Below are positions 15,927-25,198 of a DNA stretch of 64,000 bases, piece by piece (positions within the stretch are counted from its first letter, which is position 1; each line of letters begins with the position of its first letter). The notes below the pieces were generated by a model. That model saw only the letters and a list, made by a program, of their open reading frames with translations. It had not been told where the DNA came from and made no database searches. The DNA comes from Alphaproteobacteria bacterium (GTDB taxonomy: Bacteria; Pseudomonadota; Alphaproteobacteria; Micropepsales; Micropepsaceae), in the NCBI GenBank assembly GCA_034440355.1, contig JAWXBY010000033.1, positions 37,850 to 101,849 on the forward strand, in the 5' to 3' direction. Made by a program: the position numbers and the translations under genes.

Positions 15927-17211
15927 AGAGGACTCGCCAGAAGACCGGTGGGCCAAAGAGCTTGGCCGGCGGTTCGACCATGTTCTGCACGCGCAGCAAT
16001 GTCCGTGAGACGTAGACGCTGCGTGTCGCCGTCTTTTGCATGCGCTGCGTGTACCAGAGCAGAAAGCGGATCAGCCAGTTCTGCGCCTTCGGATTGTTGC
16101 GGCGGGCTTCGAGATCCGGGAGGCCCCAGGCGAGATCGACGATGGGTTTGACGCCGGCGTAATAGGTTTTCGCGAAACCGGCTGTGTGCGGATCGCTTTT
16201 CGTGAGGCACTCGGCGAGCCATTCGGCTTCGAGGGCCGCGACCGTCATGCCTTGGCCGAAGACGGGGTTGAAGCTGGCGACGGCGTCGCCGATGGCGACG
16301 ATGCCTTCGGGGAGGCGTTTGAGCATGTGATAGTCGCGGCGAACGCTGGCCGAGAAGCGCGAGTGCGCAATCGGCGTGATCGCGCGCAACGGCTTCACGG
16401 CGTCGTAGGCGTCGGGCACGGGAAGGGCGTGCAGATAGGCGAGAAATTCCTCCTGCGTCCTCGGCATTGGCATGATGGCGTTTGCGCCGAGCGAGACGAG
16501 GACGCGATTTTTTTCCACGGGGAAGATCAAGACGCCGAGCTTGTCTTCGAACTTTGCCACTTGATGGAGACGCGGTCGCGGTGCGCCGGGTTCGGGCTCG
16601 TAGAGGCAAGACGAATAGCACGACGCCAACGGCGACGTTACGTGCGGCGGGCCTTCGAGGCCCATCTGTTTCATCCAGTCGGCGAGGTTGCTGGCGCGGC
16701 CGCGTGCGTCGACGATGAAGTCGGCGGCGAGGCCTCGCGCGCCGCTTGCGTCGCGGATGGTGACGCCGGTGGCGCGGTCGGGCGAGCCGGTGATGGCCGC
16801 CACCTCCGTTTCTTCCAGTACGGTCACTTTGTTAAGCGCGCGGGCGCGGCGCGCGAGCGTCGACTCGAAGAACGGGCGCGTCATCGCGAAGACGCGGTCT
16901 GAGTCTTCGAAGCGTTTGCGCCAGCCCAGCACGTAGACGCGAACGTCCTCGATGCCGGCGAGCGTTGCGCCGCCGTTGACGAGTTCATCCGAGATGCCGG
17001 GGAACAGGGCTTCGACGATGTTTCGTCCGCGCGAGAGGAGCGCATGCGCGTGCGCGCCTTGGGGTGCGTTCTTGCGCGGCGTGAGTTCGTTCGCGAGCTT
17101 ATCTCTCTCGACGATGGTGACGCGGTCGAAGTGATCGGTAAGGACGCGTGCGGCGAGGAGGCCCGCGATACTGCCGCCTAAGACGATGGCGTGGCCTTTG
17201 GATTCGCTCAC
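15919..17211 (-). CDS. FAD-dependent oxidoreductase/monooxygenase
   Basis: N-terminal Rossmann motif AIVLGGSIAGLLAARVL and GDAVASFNPVFGQGM motif. Confidence 0.75.
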   Translation of the reverse strand: MSESKGHAIVLGGSIAGLLAARVLTDHFDRVTIVERDKLANELTPRKNAPQGAHAHALLSRGRNIVEALFPGISDELVNGGATLAGIEDVRVYVLGWRKRFEDSDRVFAMTRPFFESTLARRARALNKVTVLEETEVAAITGSPDRATGVTIRDASGARGLAADFIVDARGRASNLADWMKQMGLEGPPHVTSPLASCYSSCLYEPEPGAPRPRLHQVAKFEDKLGVLIFPVEKNRVLVSLGANAIMPMPRTQEEFLAYLHALPVPDAYDAVKPLRAITPIAHSRFSASVRRDYHMLKRLPEGIVAIGDAVASFNPVFGQGMTVAALEAEWLAECLTKSDPHTAGFAKTYYAGVKPIVDLAWGLPDLEARRNNPKAQNWLIRFLLWYTQRMQKTATRSVYVSRTLLRVQNMVEPPAKLFGPPVFWRVLFR

Positions 17212-17304
17212 GGTGGTCCCCCGCGTTTGCGGGCCGAGGGATACGCCCGGCGGGTGGCAAAGTCACTCGCCGTGGCGGCGGCTGCGGCTATATTGTCAGC
17301 CGCC

Positions 17305-17583
17305 ATGTCTCAGATCGTTCTTGCCGTAGGGGCGGCGCTGCTCGCCTATTTCGCGCTTCGGGTCGTGCAGATCAAACGGCCGTCGATGCCGTTCCTGATC
17401 GCCTATCCCGTGTTCGTGGTTATTCTCGTCGGCGGCGGGCTTGTGACGTTCATGGCGCTCGCTTATGTGGCGGCGGCGTTCGGCTACAGCAGCGAGGATC
17501 CTGTGGCGTTGGCCGGCATTCTCGGCGGGACGGGGTTTTGTCTTCTGTTTCTGTGGTGGGCGGCGCGGCGTGCGATCGGCTGA
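17305..17583 (+). CDS. Small polytopic membrane protein, function unknown
   Basis: Trimmed to ATG 17305 (MSQIVLAVGAALLAYFAL...). Three hydrophobic segments. Confidence 0.5.
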   Translation: MSQIVLAVGAALLAYFALRVVQIKRPSMPFLIAYPVFVVILVGGGLVTFMALAYVAAAFGYSSEDPVALAGILGGTGFCLLFLWWAARRAIG

Positions 17584-18022
17584 GCCCTACAGCTATCGGC
17601 GTGATCCAACGGTACCGGCGTTTGCCGATGACCAGGCGATCGTGATCTTCGATGGGATGTGCGTGATGTGCTCGCGGTTCGCGCAGATCATTTTGCGGCG
17701 CGACCGCGACGGCGCGTTTCGTTTGCTGGCGGCGCAATCGGAATTGGGATCGGCGCTCTATCGTCACTACGGGCTTGATCCCGTGCAGTACGAAACGAAC
17801 ATCCTGATCGAAGATGGACGGGCGTGGTTCAAGTCGGAAGCCTCGATCCGAATCCTCGCGCGGTTGGGATTCCCGTGGTCGCTGGCCGTCGTGGGGCGCG
17901 TGTTGCCATTGTCGTTGCGCGATCGTCTGTATGAGATCGTGGCGCGCAATCGGCTGCGATGGTTTGGCGTTCGCTCGCAGTGTTTTGTACCGCGCGCGGA
18001 GGACGCCGACAGATTCTTGTGA
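17570..18022 (+). CDS. Thiol-disulfide oxidoreductase DCC family (DUF393)
   Basis: VIFDGMCVMCSRFAQIILRRD motif. The start is uncertain: GTG 17570 is proposed, and the track start at 17465 overlaps the upstream gene. Confidence 0.7.
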   Translation: MRSAEPYSYRRDPTVPAFADDQAIVIFDGMCVMCSRFAQIILRRDRDGAFRLLAAQSELGSALYRHYGLDPVQYETNILIEDGRAWFKSEASIRILARLGFPWSLAVVGRVLPLSLRDRLYEIVARNRLRWFGVRSQCFVPRAEDADRFL

Positions 18023-18034
18023 TGTCTCGAAACG

Positions 18035-18066
18035 AAAAAGGCCGCCCGAAGGCGGCCCGAATTTGA
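18035..18066. terminator. Bidirectional intrinsic terminator
   Basis: aaaaa-ggccgcc-cgaa-ggcggcc-cgaattt lies between convergent stops at 18022 (+) and 18083 (-). Confidence 0.7.
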
Positions 18067-18082
18067 AGATGTGGAGGAACGC

Positions 18083-18646
18083 TTAGTTCAGCAGGAAGTC
18101 GAAGCGCAGCGTGACGCTTTGATTTTCTTCCTGTTCCGGAAGCGTGCTCTGCTGCAGGAAGTTCGCATCGACCGCTTCGGAATAGCGATACTCAAGACCC
18201 AGCGCCATCGACGGCGTGAAGGACCACGTCAGACCGGCGACGCCCTGATACGCGAAGTTGCCGTTGGGCATCATCGAGTCGGAGAGCGGGTCTTCCGTCA
18301 GATTGAACTTGCCGAAGCCGCCGCCGACGTAGCTGCCGAGCGACCAGTCGGTCGTGAACACGTAGTAGCCATTGGCCGTGATCGAATCGACCGGCTCGCT
18401 CATGTCGAGCGGGATCGAAAGACCGGCTGCGATCGGCGACAAGCCGCTTTCCGCGCCGAGACCTTGATGAATGCCGACGAAGAAGCCATCGCGGCTTTGC
18501 GGTTCCTGCGCTTTCGCGTTCAGGCCGAGTTCCCCGTAGACGGCGTTGATGATGCGGTCGGCGGTCGACGTCTCACCCGCGTGCGCCGGCGTCGACGCTG
18601 CAAGAGCGCCTGCCGTCACCGCTATGATGGTCATCGCACGCTTCAC
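18083..18646 (-). CDS. Outer-membrane beta-barrel (porin/OmpW-like) protein
   Basis: Signal peptide ...AMTIIAVTAGALAASTPAHA followed by alternating beta-strand pattern and aromatic-rich strands. The start (GTG 18646 or ATG 18634) is uncertain. Confidence 0.65.
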   Translation of the reverse strand: MKRAMTIIAVTAGALAASTPAHAGETSTADRIINAVYGELGLNAKAQEPQSRDGFFVGIHQGLGAESGLSPIAAGLSIPLDMSEPVDSITANGYYVFTTDWSLGSYVGGGFGKFNLTEDPLSDSMMPNGNFAYQGVAGLTWSFTPSMALGLEYRYSEAVDANFLQQSTLPEQEENQSVTLRFDFLLN

Positions 18647-19134
18647 TGTGCCAACCCCCGCTTCACCGAACCTTGCAAGGTGAATCACTAAGTGACCGAC
18701 CTGACGAGGCTTTCCGACACCCTTAGTATGGGGCTATCGTCGTTAATCGCAATTCTCGGCGGGAAAGATTGTCGAACCCTTGCAGCAAAGACACATGCCC
18801 TTTGGCTGTTGCAAAACGGGCACAGCCGAGGGTAGTGCCAACCCCTGGGCACACGCCCGGCAGGGTTGAATTTCGAGGCGCTGAATCCAGGTATTCCGCC
18901 AATCGTCGCCGATGGTCACTCAGCTGTAAGTGGTGGTGTCGGCGGGTCCGCGTCAAGCGATTTTGGACGACTTCAACCCTCATTTCCGGTGGTGCGACAG
19001 CGCCGCTTGCACCATCCGCGCGAGCCTGATCGGTCGCTGACGATAACCCTCTTGCGGGCCGGACCGGATTTAGAGGGATCGGAGGCGGTAGTGATTCGGA
19101 GCGGTGATTCTCGTGCGCCCACACCACCCACCCT

Positions 19135-19264
19135 GTCATCCCGGACAAGCGAGCGTAGCGAGCGCGATCCGGGACCCAGGAGACCGGGTTGAGATTCACC
19201 GCCCGGTCTCCTGGGTCCCGGGTCTGCGGAGCAGCACTTCGTGCTGCACCGCGCCCGGGATGAC
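19135..19264. repeat. 130-nt imperfect palindromic (REP/MITE-like) element
   Basis: Termini are gtcatcccgg(19135-19144)/ccgggatgac(19255-19264). Inner arms are ccgggacccaggagaccggg(19169-19188)/cccggtctcctgggtcccgg(19202-19221). A nested hairpin gcagcac-ttc-gtgctgc lies at 19231-19247. Confidence 0.7.
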
Positions 19265-19406
19265 AAGCATGAGGGCGGTCCCCGCATCGCCGCATGACAA
19301 GGCGGTAAGGTCGCAACTGATTGCGGGGGCTGGGTAAGATGGCTAATGTCCGCGCTCATTTTTCCGGCTGCGGCAAGTTCCTGCGCCTCCTCGTCAAAGG
19401 CATTGC

Positions 19407-20237
19407 GTGAGCGACATTTTCCAAGAAGTGCAGGAGGAGTATCGCCGCGAGCAGATGGCGAAGCTCTGGAAGACCTACAGCGTTCCGATCATCGCCGCCG
19501 TAACCGTCGTGATTCTGGCCGTTGCCGGGTATCAGGCTTGGTCCTATTGGCACGCGCAGCAACTTGAAGCATCGTCGCGCGAGTTCGAGAAAATCGCGGA
19601 GCTGATTGCTTCGGATCCCACGAAGAAGAAAGAGGCCGCCGACCGTTTCGCGAAATTCGCGCCGACGGCGACGAGCGGTTATGCCATGGCGGCAAAGTTC
19701 CAAGAGGCCGGCCTGCGGGCCGAGCTGTCGGACATCAAGGGGGCCATGACCCTCTACGACGAGATTGCCGGGAGTACGAGTGATCCGCTGTTTCGCGATT
19801 ATGCGCAGCTGCGCGCAGCGATCTTGGTGCTGGAAACCGAGTCGCTTGAGAACGTGAAGAAGCGTTTGGAGCCGATCACTAAAGGCACGAGCCCGTGGCG
19901 TGTGATGGCGCTTGAGATGCTGGCCTATGCGTCATGGCGCGGCGGCAAGAAGGACGAGGCGTTGAAGCTCTACTCCGAGGTGAGTGAGATTCCGAACGCA
20001 CCGAACGGCAGCCAGCGCCGCGCAAAAGAGATGACCACACTTATCAATGCCGGATTGAAACTCACGGATCTGAAGGCCATGCCCGGCCTGTCGATCCCCG
20101 GATCGGAATCGCTGCTGTTGCAGCCGCCCGATCCTTCGACGATGCAGCCGCTGTTGCCTGACCCGACGGCGGAGGAGCCCGGCTTGCTGGGACCCGCAAC
20201 GCCTGAACAGCCTTCGCCAACGCCCCCAACGCCCTAA
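19407..20237 (+). CDS. YfgM-like TPR membrane protein (single N-terminal TM)
   Basis: GTG start. MSDIFQEVQEEYRREQMAKLWKTYSVPIIAAVTVVILAV. Its position upstream of bamB-der matches the yfgM-bamB-der order known from E. coli. Confidence 0.8.
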   Translation: MSDIFQEVQEEYRREQMAKLWKTYSVPIIAAVTVVILAVAGYQAWSYWHAQQLEASSREFEKIAELIASDPTKKKEAADRFAKFAPTATSGYAMAAKFQEAGLRAELSDIKGAMTLYDEIAGSTSDPLFRDYAQLRAAILVLETESLENVKKRLEPITKGTSPWRVMALEMLAYASWRGGKKDEALKLYSEVSEIPNAPNGSQRRAKEMTTLINAGLKLTDLKAMPGLSIPGSESLLLQPPDPSTMQPLLPDPTAEEPGLLGPATPEQPSPTPPTP

Positions 20238-20254
20238 GCGAACGAGATCGCCCC

Positions 20255-21607
20255 ATGACTTTCCGCCTCAAACCGAAAACGCTGGCGGCCGTGAGCCTGT
20301 TGCTCGCGACCTCCGTTTCGCTCGGCGCCTGCGAGACGTTCGAACAATTCCTGTCGCCGCCGAACAAGGCCAACATCCGCGGCGAGCGCGTGTCGGTGCT
20401 GCCGACGGCGCGGACGGTGGAAGCCGATCCGAAGCTGGCCAACGAGGCGGTGAAGCTGCCCAAGCCGACGGTCAACGCCGAATGGCCGCAGCCGGGTGGG
20501 TATGCGGACAACGTGATGCACCACTTGGCAGCCGGCGGCGAGTTGCAACAGCAGTGGAGCGTTAGCGTCGGTCAAGGTTCGAGCACGTCGTCGCGGTTGA
20601 CGGCCTCACCCGTTGTCGCGGCGGGTAAGGTGTTTGTGTTGGACAGTGAAGTTGAGGTTTCGGCCTATGACTCCAAGTCGGGCGACCGGCTGTGGCAATC
20701 GAACCTGACGCCGGAAGACGAAGATTCCGAAGACGGCTTCGGCGGCGGCGTTGCATTCGACAACGGCAAGGTGTTCGTGTCGACCGGCTTCGGCTTTGTC
20801 GCGGCGCTCGACGCCAACACGGGCAAGGAAATTTGGCGGCGGGCGACGACGGTGCCGTTCCGTGCAGCGCCTGTGGTGAACGGCGGACGCGTGTTCGTCG
20901 CGACGCAGGAAAACCAGCTGATGGCGCTGGCCGAAGACGACGGGCGTGTACTGTGGGATCATCGCGGGATCGCTGAATCGGCCGGCATTTTGGGTTCGAA
21001 CAGCGTTGCCGTATCGGGCGATCTGGTCGTTGTTCCGTATACGTCGGGCGAGCTCTTCGGATTGAACGTGCGTAACGGGCGTTCGCTGTGGAGCGATACG
21101 CTGGCGCGGACGGGCGGGCTGACGCCGCTGTCGACCTTGGCCGATATTTCGGGACGTCCGGTGATCGACCGTGGGCTCGTGTTCGCGAACAGCCATGCGG
21201 GCCGTATCGTCGCTATCGATATTCGTACGGGTGAGCGGGCGTGGACGATCGACGTCGGCGGGACGCAGCGGCCGTGGGTGGTGGGCGACTATGTCTATGT
21301 CATCACCGACGATGCCAAGGTGATGTGCGTGCGCCGCGCCGACGGACGGGTGCGCTGGATCACCCAGCTTGACGCCTATCGCGACGCCGAGACACGGCAG
21401 GGCACGATTTCGTGGTCGGGCCCGGTGCTGGTGTCGGACCGTTTGATTGCGCTGTCGTCGGAAGGTTTTGCGGTTTCGATTTCGCCCTATACCGGTGAGG
21501 TCTTGGGCCGCGTCGACATTCCGGACAAGGCGTTCATCGCGCCGGTGGTTGCGGACGGCATCGTCTATCTCTTGACGGATGACGGGCGGTTGACGGCGCT
21601 GAAGTAA
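20255..21607 (+). CDS. bamB: Outer membrane protein assembly factor BamB
   Basis: Lipobox LLATSVSLGAC, PQQ-like beta-propeller repeats and a location upstream of der. Confidence 0.9.
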   Translation: MTFRLKPKTLAAVSLLLATSVSLGACETFEQFLSPPNKANIRGERVSVLPTARTVEADPKLANEAVKLPKPTVNAEWPQPGGYADNVMHHLAAGGELQQQWSVSVGQGSSTSSRLTASPVVAAGKVFVLDSEVEVSAYDSKSGDRLWQSNLTPEDEDSEDGFGGGVAFDNGKVFVSTGFGFVAALDANTGKEIWRRATTVPFRAAPVVNGGRVFVATQENQLMALAEDDGRVLWDHRGIAESAGILGSNSVAVSGDLVVVPYTSGELFGLNVRNGRSLWSDTLARTGGLTPLSTLADISGRPVIDRGLVFANSHAGRIVAIDIRTGERAWTIDVGGTQRPWVVGDYVYVITDDAKVMCVRRADGRVRWITQLDAYRDAETRQGTISWSGPVLVSDRLIALSSEGFAVSISPYTGEVLGRVDIPDKAFIAPVVADGIVYLLTDDGRLTALK

Positions 21608-21633
21608 AGCGCCGCCTTCCGAAACATGCGCCG

Positions 21634-23004
21634 ATGGCCTTCACCCTTGCTATTGCCGGCCGCCCCAATGTGGGGAAATCGACGCTCTTCAACCGGCTGA
21701 CCGGGAAACACGCGGCGATCGTCGACGACACGCCGGGTGTGACGCGCGACTGGCGCGAAGGCGAAGGTGGCATTCTCGATTTGAATTTTCGCGTGCTGGA
21801 TACAGCGGGCTTGGACGACGCGAAGGCTGACGGTCTTTCCGAGCGCATCCAGAAGCAGACGCGCGCAGCGATTGACCAAGCGGATGCACTGCTGTTCCTC
21901 GTCGACGGGCGTGACGGCGTCACGGGGTTCGACCACGAGATCGCCAATCTGCTGCGGCGCGCGAACAAGCCCGTCATCCTTGCTGTCAACAAATGCGACA
22001 CGCGCGAGGCGGTGCACACGATCTCGGAAGCCTCGCGTCTGGGATTCGGCGAACCCGTCGAGTTGTCGGCGGCGCATGGGCGGGGGATCGACGAGCTTTA
22101 TCATGCGCTGAACGCGATCGCGCCGGCGGATGCGCATGACGTCGAAGAAGACGACGAGAGCGAAGACGAGGCGGCGGTCGAGAAGCGGCCACTGACCATC
22201 GCGATCACGGGCCGGCCGAATGCCGGCAAGTCGACGTTGCTCAACCGCTTGCTGGGTCAAGAGCGTTCGATCACCGGGCCTGAAGCCGGGATCACCCGCG
22301 ATGCGGTTGCGGCGGAGTGGGCATGGGAAGACCGGCGGATCAAGCTGATCGACACCGCCGGGTTGCGGCGCAAGTCGCGGGTCGATGAAGGGCTTGAGAA
22401 GCTGTCGGTCGAAAATGCGATCGACGAGATCAAGATGGCGGAGGTCGTGATCCTGGTCATCGATGCGGCCGTGCCGTTCGAGACTCAGGATTTGCAGATC
22501 GCAGATCTCGTCGAGCGCGAAGGGCGGGCGATGATCGTTGCCGTCAACAAGTGGGATCTGGTCGAGGACAAGGCGCAGCTTCTGAAGACACTGAAAGCGC
22601 GCGTCGACGAATTGCTGCCGCAGTGGAAGGGCGTGCCGATCGTCGCGATCTCGGCGCTGGCCGGGGAGGGCGTCGACCGGCTGATGCCCGCGATCGTGAA
22701 GCAGCACGACATCTGGAACAGGCGCGTCTCGACGCACAAGCTGAACGATTGGCTGGAGATGATGCTGGAACGGCATTCGCCGCCCGCGCCCAAAGGCCGG
22801 CGCATCAAGATCCGCTACATCACACAGGCGCGCACGCGGCCACCGACGTTTGCCATTTCGTCGAGCCAGGCCGGTGAGTTGCCGGGCGACTATGCGCGCT
22901 ATCTCATCAACGGCCTGCGCGAGACGTTCGGCTTCATGGGGGTGCCGATTCGTATGAAGGTGAAGACGGGCGCCAACCCGTTCGACAAGGATCGCAAGCG
23001 GTAG
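21634..23004 (+). CDS. der: Ribosome biogenesis GTPase Der (EngA)
   Basis: Two GTPase domains (GRPNVGKSTLFN and GRPNAGKSTLLN) plus a KH-like C-terminus. Confidence 0.97.
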   Translation: MAFTLAIAGRPNVGKSTLFNRLTGKHAAIVDDTPGVTRDWREGEGGILDLNFRVLDTAGLDDAKADGLSERIQKQTRAAIDQADALLFLVDGRDGVTGFDHEIANLLRRANKPVILAVNKCDTREAVHTISEASRLGFGEPVELSAAHGRGIDELYHALNAIAPADAHDVEEDDESEDEAAVEKRPLTIAITGRPNAGKSTLLNRLLGQERSITGPEAGITRDAVAAEWAWEDRRIKLIDTAGLRRKSRVDEGLEKLSVENAIDEIKMAEVVILVIDAAVPFETQDLQIADLVEREGRAMIVAVNKWDLVEDKAQLLKTLKARVDELLPQWKGVPIVAISALAGEGVDRLMPAIVKQHDIWNRRVSTHKLNDWLEMMLERHSPPAPKGRRIKIRYITQARTRPPTFAISSSQAGELPGDYARYLINGLRETFGFMGVPIRMKVKTGANPFDKDRKR

Positions 23005-23014
23005 GGAGCTGTCG

Positions 23015-23287
23015 ATGGTTGCGCGCGTTGCGATGATTGTTGTTGCCGGGACGCTGGTGCTTTCCGCGGCGCCGGCATCGGCAGACATCCCACCTCCCGA
23101 CCCGCGACACCGAGAGGTGCCCATCCCTATGCCCGCACCCGCGCCGACGCCCGCGCCGCGGCCCGAACCACCGAAACCCGCGCCGCAGAAGGACACTTCA
23201 GGCCCGATCGCTGCGGTCGGGTTCTTCGCGCTGTTTGCGCTGCTGCTGTTGTGGCTCGCGCGCCCGTCGCGTGAGCGGTCGGCGTAA
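23015..23287 (+). CDS. Small proline-rich exported protein with a C-terminal TM anchor
   Basis: Signal peptide MVARVAMIVVAGTLVLSAAPASA, a Pro-rich linker, then a C-terminal IAAVGFFALFALLLLWLA helix with a basic tail. Confidence 0.5.
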   Translation: MVARVAMIVVAGTLVLSAAPASADIPPPDPRHREVPIPMPAPAPTPAPRPEPPKPAPQKDTSGPIAAVGFFALFALLLLWLARPSRERSA

Positions 23288-23471
23288 CACGACGACCGTC
23301 GCCGGGACGTTTACCGTATGGCACCGCATAAGTCGGACAAGAGACGTTGCAAGACGGGATCAGGCCCGGGCGTTTTTGCGGAGAATGTGTCCTTTGGCAT
23401 CATTGTTCGTCTTGCAATGATGCCGGGGTCAACGGCTATTCTTCTTCAATCGGGATCCAGGGGCCATTGTC

Positions 23472-24485
23472 ATGTCGATTGATATGCGTGTGATTAAAGC
23501 GGGTTTGGCCGCTTCGTTGTTGTTGACCGTGCCGGCGATGGCGGATGTGCCGCCGCCACCGGTCGACCAAAAAGCCGCCACGGACACCGCGGAGCCCTCG
23601 GAAACGGTCGCGCCCGCCGAGGCTGATGCGCCCGTGGCCGTTGTTCCGCCTGAGGCCGTCGATGCACTGCTCGCAGCCGATCCGCGCGAGGCGATCGCCA
23701 AATCACTGGTGCAGCGCGACGGTACGATCGACCTGCAAGGCGGCCAGGCGCGCGTCACGATCGCTGAGGGTTTTGCGTTTCTGGATCCGGCCGACACGAA
23801 AAAGCTGCTGACGGATTTGTGGGGCAATCCGCCCGACGCGTCCGAAGGCGTTCTGGGCGCCATCGTGCCGCGCGACGTCAGCGTGCTTTCCGACGGCAGC
23901 TGGGTTGCGATCATCACGTATGTGAACGAGGGACATGTGTCGGACGACGATGCCTCTTCGATCAACTACGACGATCTGCTGAAGCAGATGCAAGAGGAGA
24001 CGACGGCTGCTAACGATGAGCGCGTGACGGCGGGATATGAGCCGATCTCTCTCGTCGGCTGGGCGCAGAAGCCGTCCTATGACGGGGCGTCGCACAAGCT
24101 GCATTGGGCCAAGCATCTGCAGTTCGGCACGTCGTCGAACACGCTCAACTATTCGATCCGCGCTTTGGGGCGGACCGGCGTTCTTGAGCTCAACGTCGTG
24201 GGCGACATGAAGCAGCTTCCCGATATCAACGCGCAGGTGCCGAAGATGCTGACGATGGTGTCGTTCAGCGAAGGCAATCGCTATGCCGATTTCAAGGAAG
24301 GCGATCAGACGGCGGCTTACGGCGTCGCGGCGCTGATTGCGGGCGGCGCGGCGGCGAAGGCCGGATTGTTCAAAGGGCTCATCGCACTGCTGCTCGCATC
24401 GTGGAAGTTCATTGCGATCGGCGCCGTGGCCGTGGGCGGGATGATCTGGCGGATGTTCAGTAACCGCAAAGAGCCGTCGGCCTAG
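23472..24485 (+). CDS. DUF2167 family membrane-anchored protein
   Basis: Signal peptide, GQARVTIAEGFAFLDPADTKKLLTDLWGNPP block and C-terminal TM helices. Confidence 0.7.
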   Translation: MSIDMRVIKAGLAASLLLTVPAMADVPPPPVDQKAATDTAEPSETVAPAEADAPVAVVPPEAVDALLAADPREAIAKSLVQRDGTIDLQGGQARVTIAEGFAFLDPADTKKLLTDLWGNPPDASEGVLGAIVPRDVSVLSDGSWVAIITYVNEGHVSDDDASSINYDDLLKQMQEETTAANDERVTAGYEPISLVGWAQKPSYDGASHKLHWAKHLQFGTSSNTLNYSIRALGRTGVLELNVVGDMKQLPDINAQVPKMLTMVSFSEGNRYADFKEGDQTAAYGVAALIAGGAAAKAGLFKGLIALLLASWKFIAIGAVAVGGMIWRMFSNRKEPSA

Positions 24486-25198
24486 CGCTTATTGAACGCC
24501 ACGATCTCGCCGTTGCGTGTCTCCGTCGGCAGGCCGAGGGCGACGATTTGTGGGGCGACGTCTTCCGGGGTCGGCAGGGTCATCGGATCTTCGCCGGGGA
24601 AGGCTTTGGCGCGCATGCCGGTTCGGACGGGGCCAGGACTGAAGAGGTTCGCGCGGACCTTTGTCGTCGCGCACTCCGCCGCGTAGGTCTTGATGAGGAC
24701 GTCGAGGGCGGCTTTCGTGGCGCTGTAGACGCCCCAATAGGCGCGGATGTTTGTCGCGGCGCCTGAGGTGACGAAGATGGCGCGGCCGGCGTCGCTGGCC
24801 TTTAGCAGCGGGTCGAGGAATTGGATGAAGCGCAGGTTGGCGTTGACGTTGACGTCGACGGCTTCGACCCAGTCTTTCGGGTTGATGTTCGTGACCGGTG
24901 TGAGCGGGCCGCCGAGGACGCCGGCGTTACCGATCAGGATGTCGAGTTTCTTCCAGCGTTCGGCGATGGCGCCGGCGAGGCGCGGGAAGGCTGGACCGTC
25001 TTTCAGATCCATCGGTACCAGCGTCGTCGTGCCGCCGGCTTTGACGATCTGATTGTCGAGTTCTTCGAGCGCGCCGGTCGTGCGCGCGATGGCGATGACG
25101 TGTGCGCCTTCGCGCGCCAGTTCGAGGGCGACGGCGCGTCCGATGCCGCGCGACGCGCCGCTGACGAGCGCGACGCGATTGGCGAGGCGCTGCGTCAT
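24482..25198 (-). CDS. SDR family oxidoreductase
   Basis: Trimmed to ATG 25198 (MTQRLANRVALVSGASRGIGRAVA). YSATKAAL catalytic motif. The ATG overlaps the purF stop (ATGA). Confidence 0.9.
   Translation of the reverse strand: MTQRLANRVALVSGASRGIGRAVALELAREGAHVIAIARTTGALEELDNQIVKAGGTTTLVPMDLKDGPAFPRLAGAIAERWKKLDILIGNAGVLGGPLTPVTNINPKDWVEAVDVNVNANLRFIQFLDPLLKASDAGRAIFVTSGAATNIRAYWGVYSATKAALDVLIKTYAAECATTKVRANLFSPGPVRTGMRAKAFPGEDPMTLPTPEDVAPQIVALGLPTETRNGEIVAFNKR

Noticed and set aside
18720-19134. Possible two-piece tmRNA, 6S, SRP or RNase P RNA in the structured gap upstream of the porin gene.
   Set aside because: I looked for an ANDN...LAA tag frame, a GGTTCGA T-loop with CCA end, the SRP GGAA tetraloop context and the RNase P GAGGAAAGUCC box on both strands and found none. 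I kept it only as an unassigned structured region.
23361-23380. Terminator-like gcccgggc plus ttttt after the proline-rich small gene.
   Set aside because: The GC segment is a loopless palindrome with at most a 4-bp stem (cggg/cccg), which is too weak for a confident intrinsic terminator.
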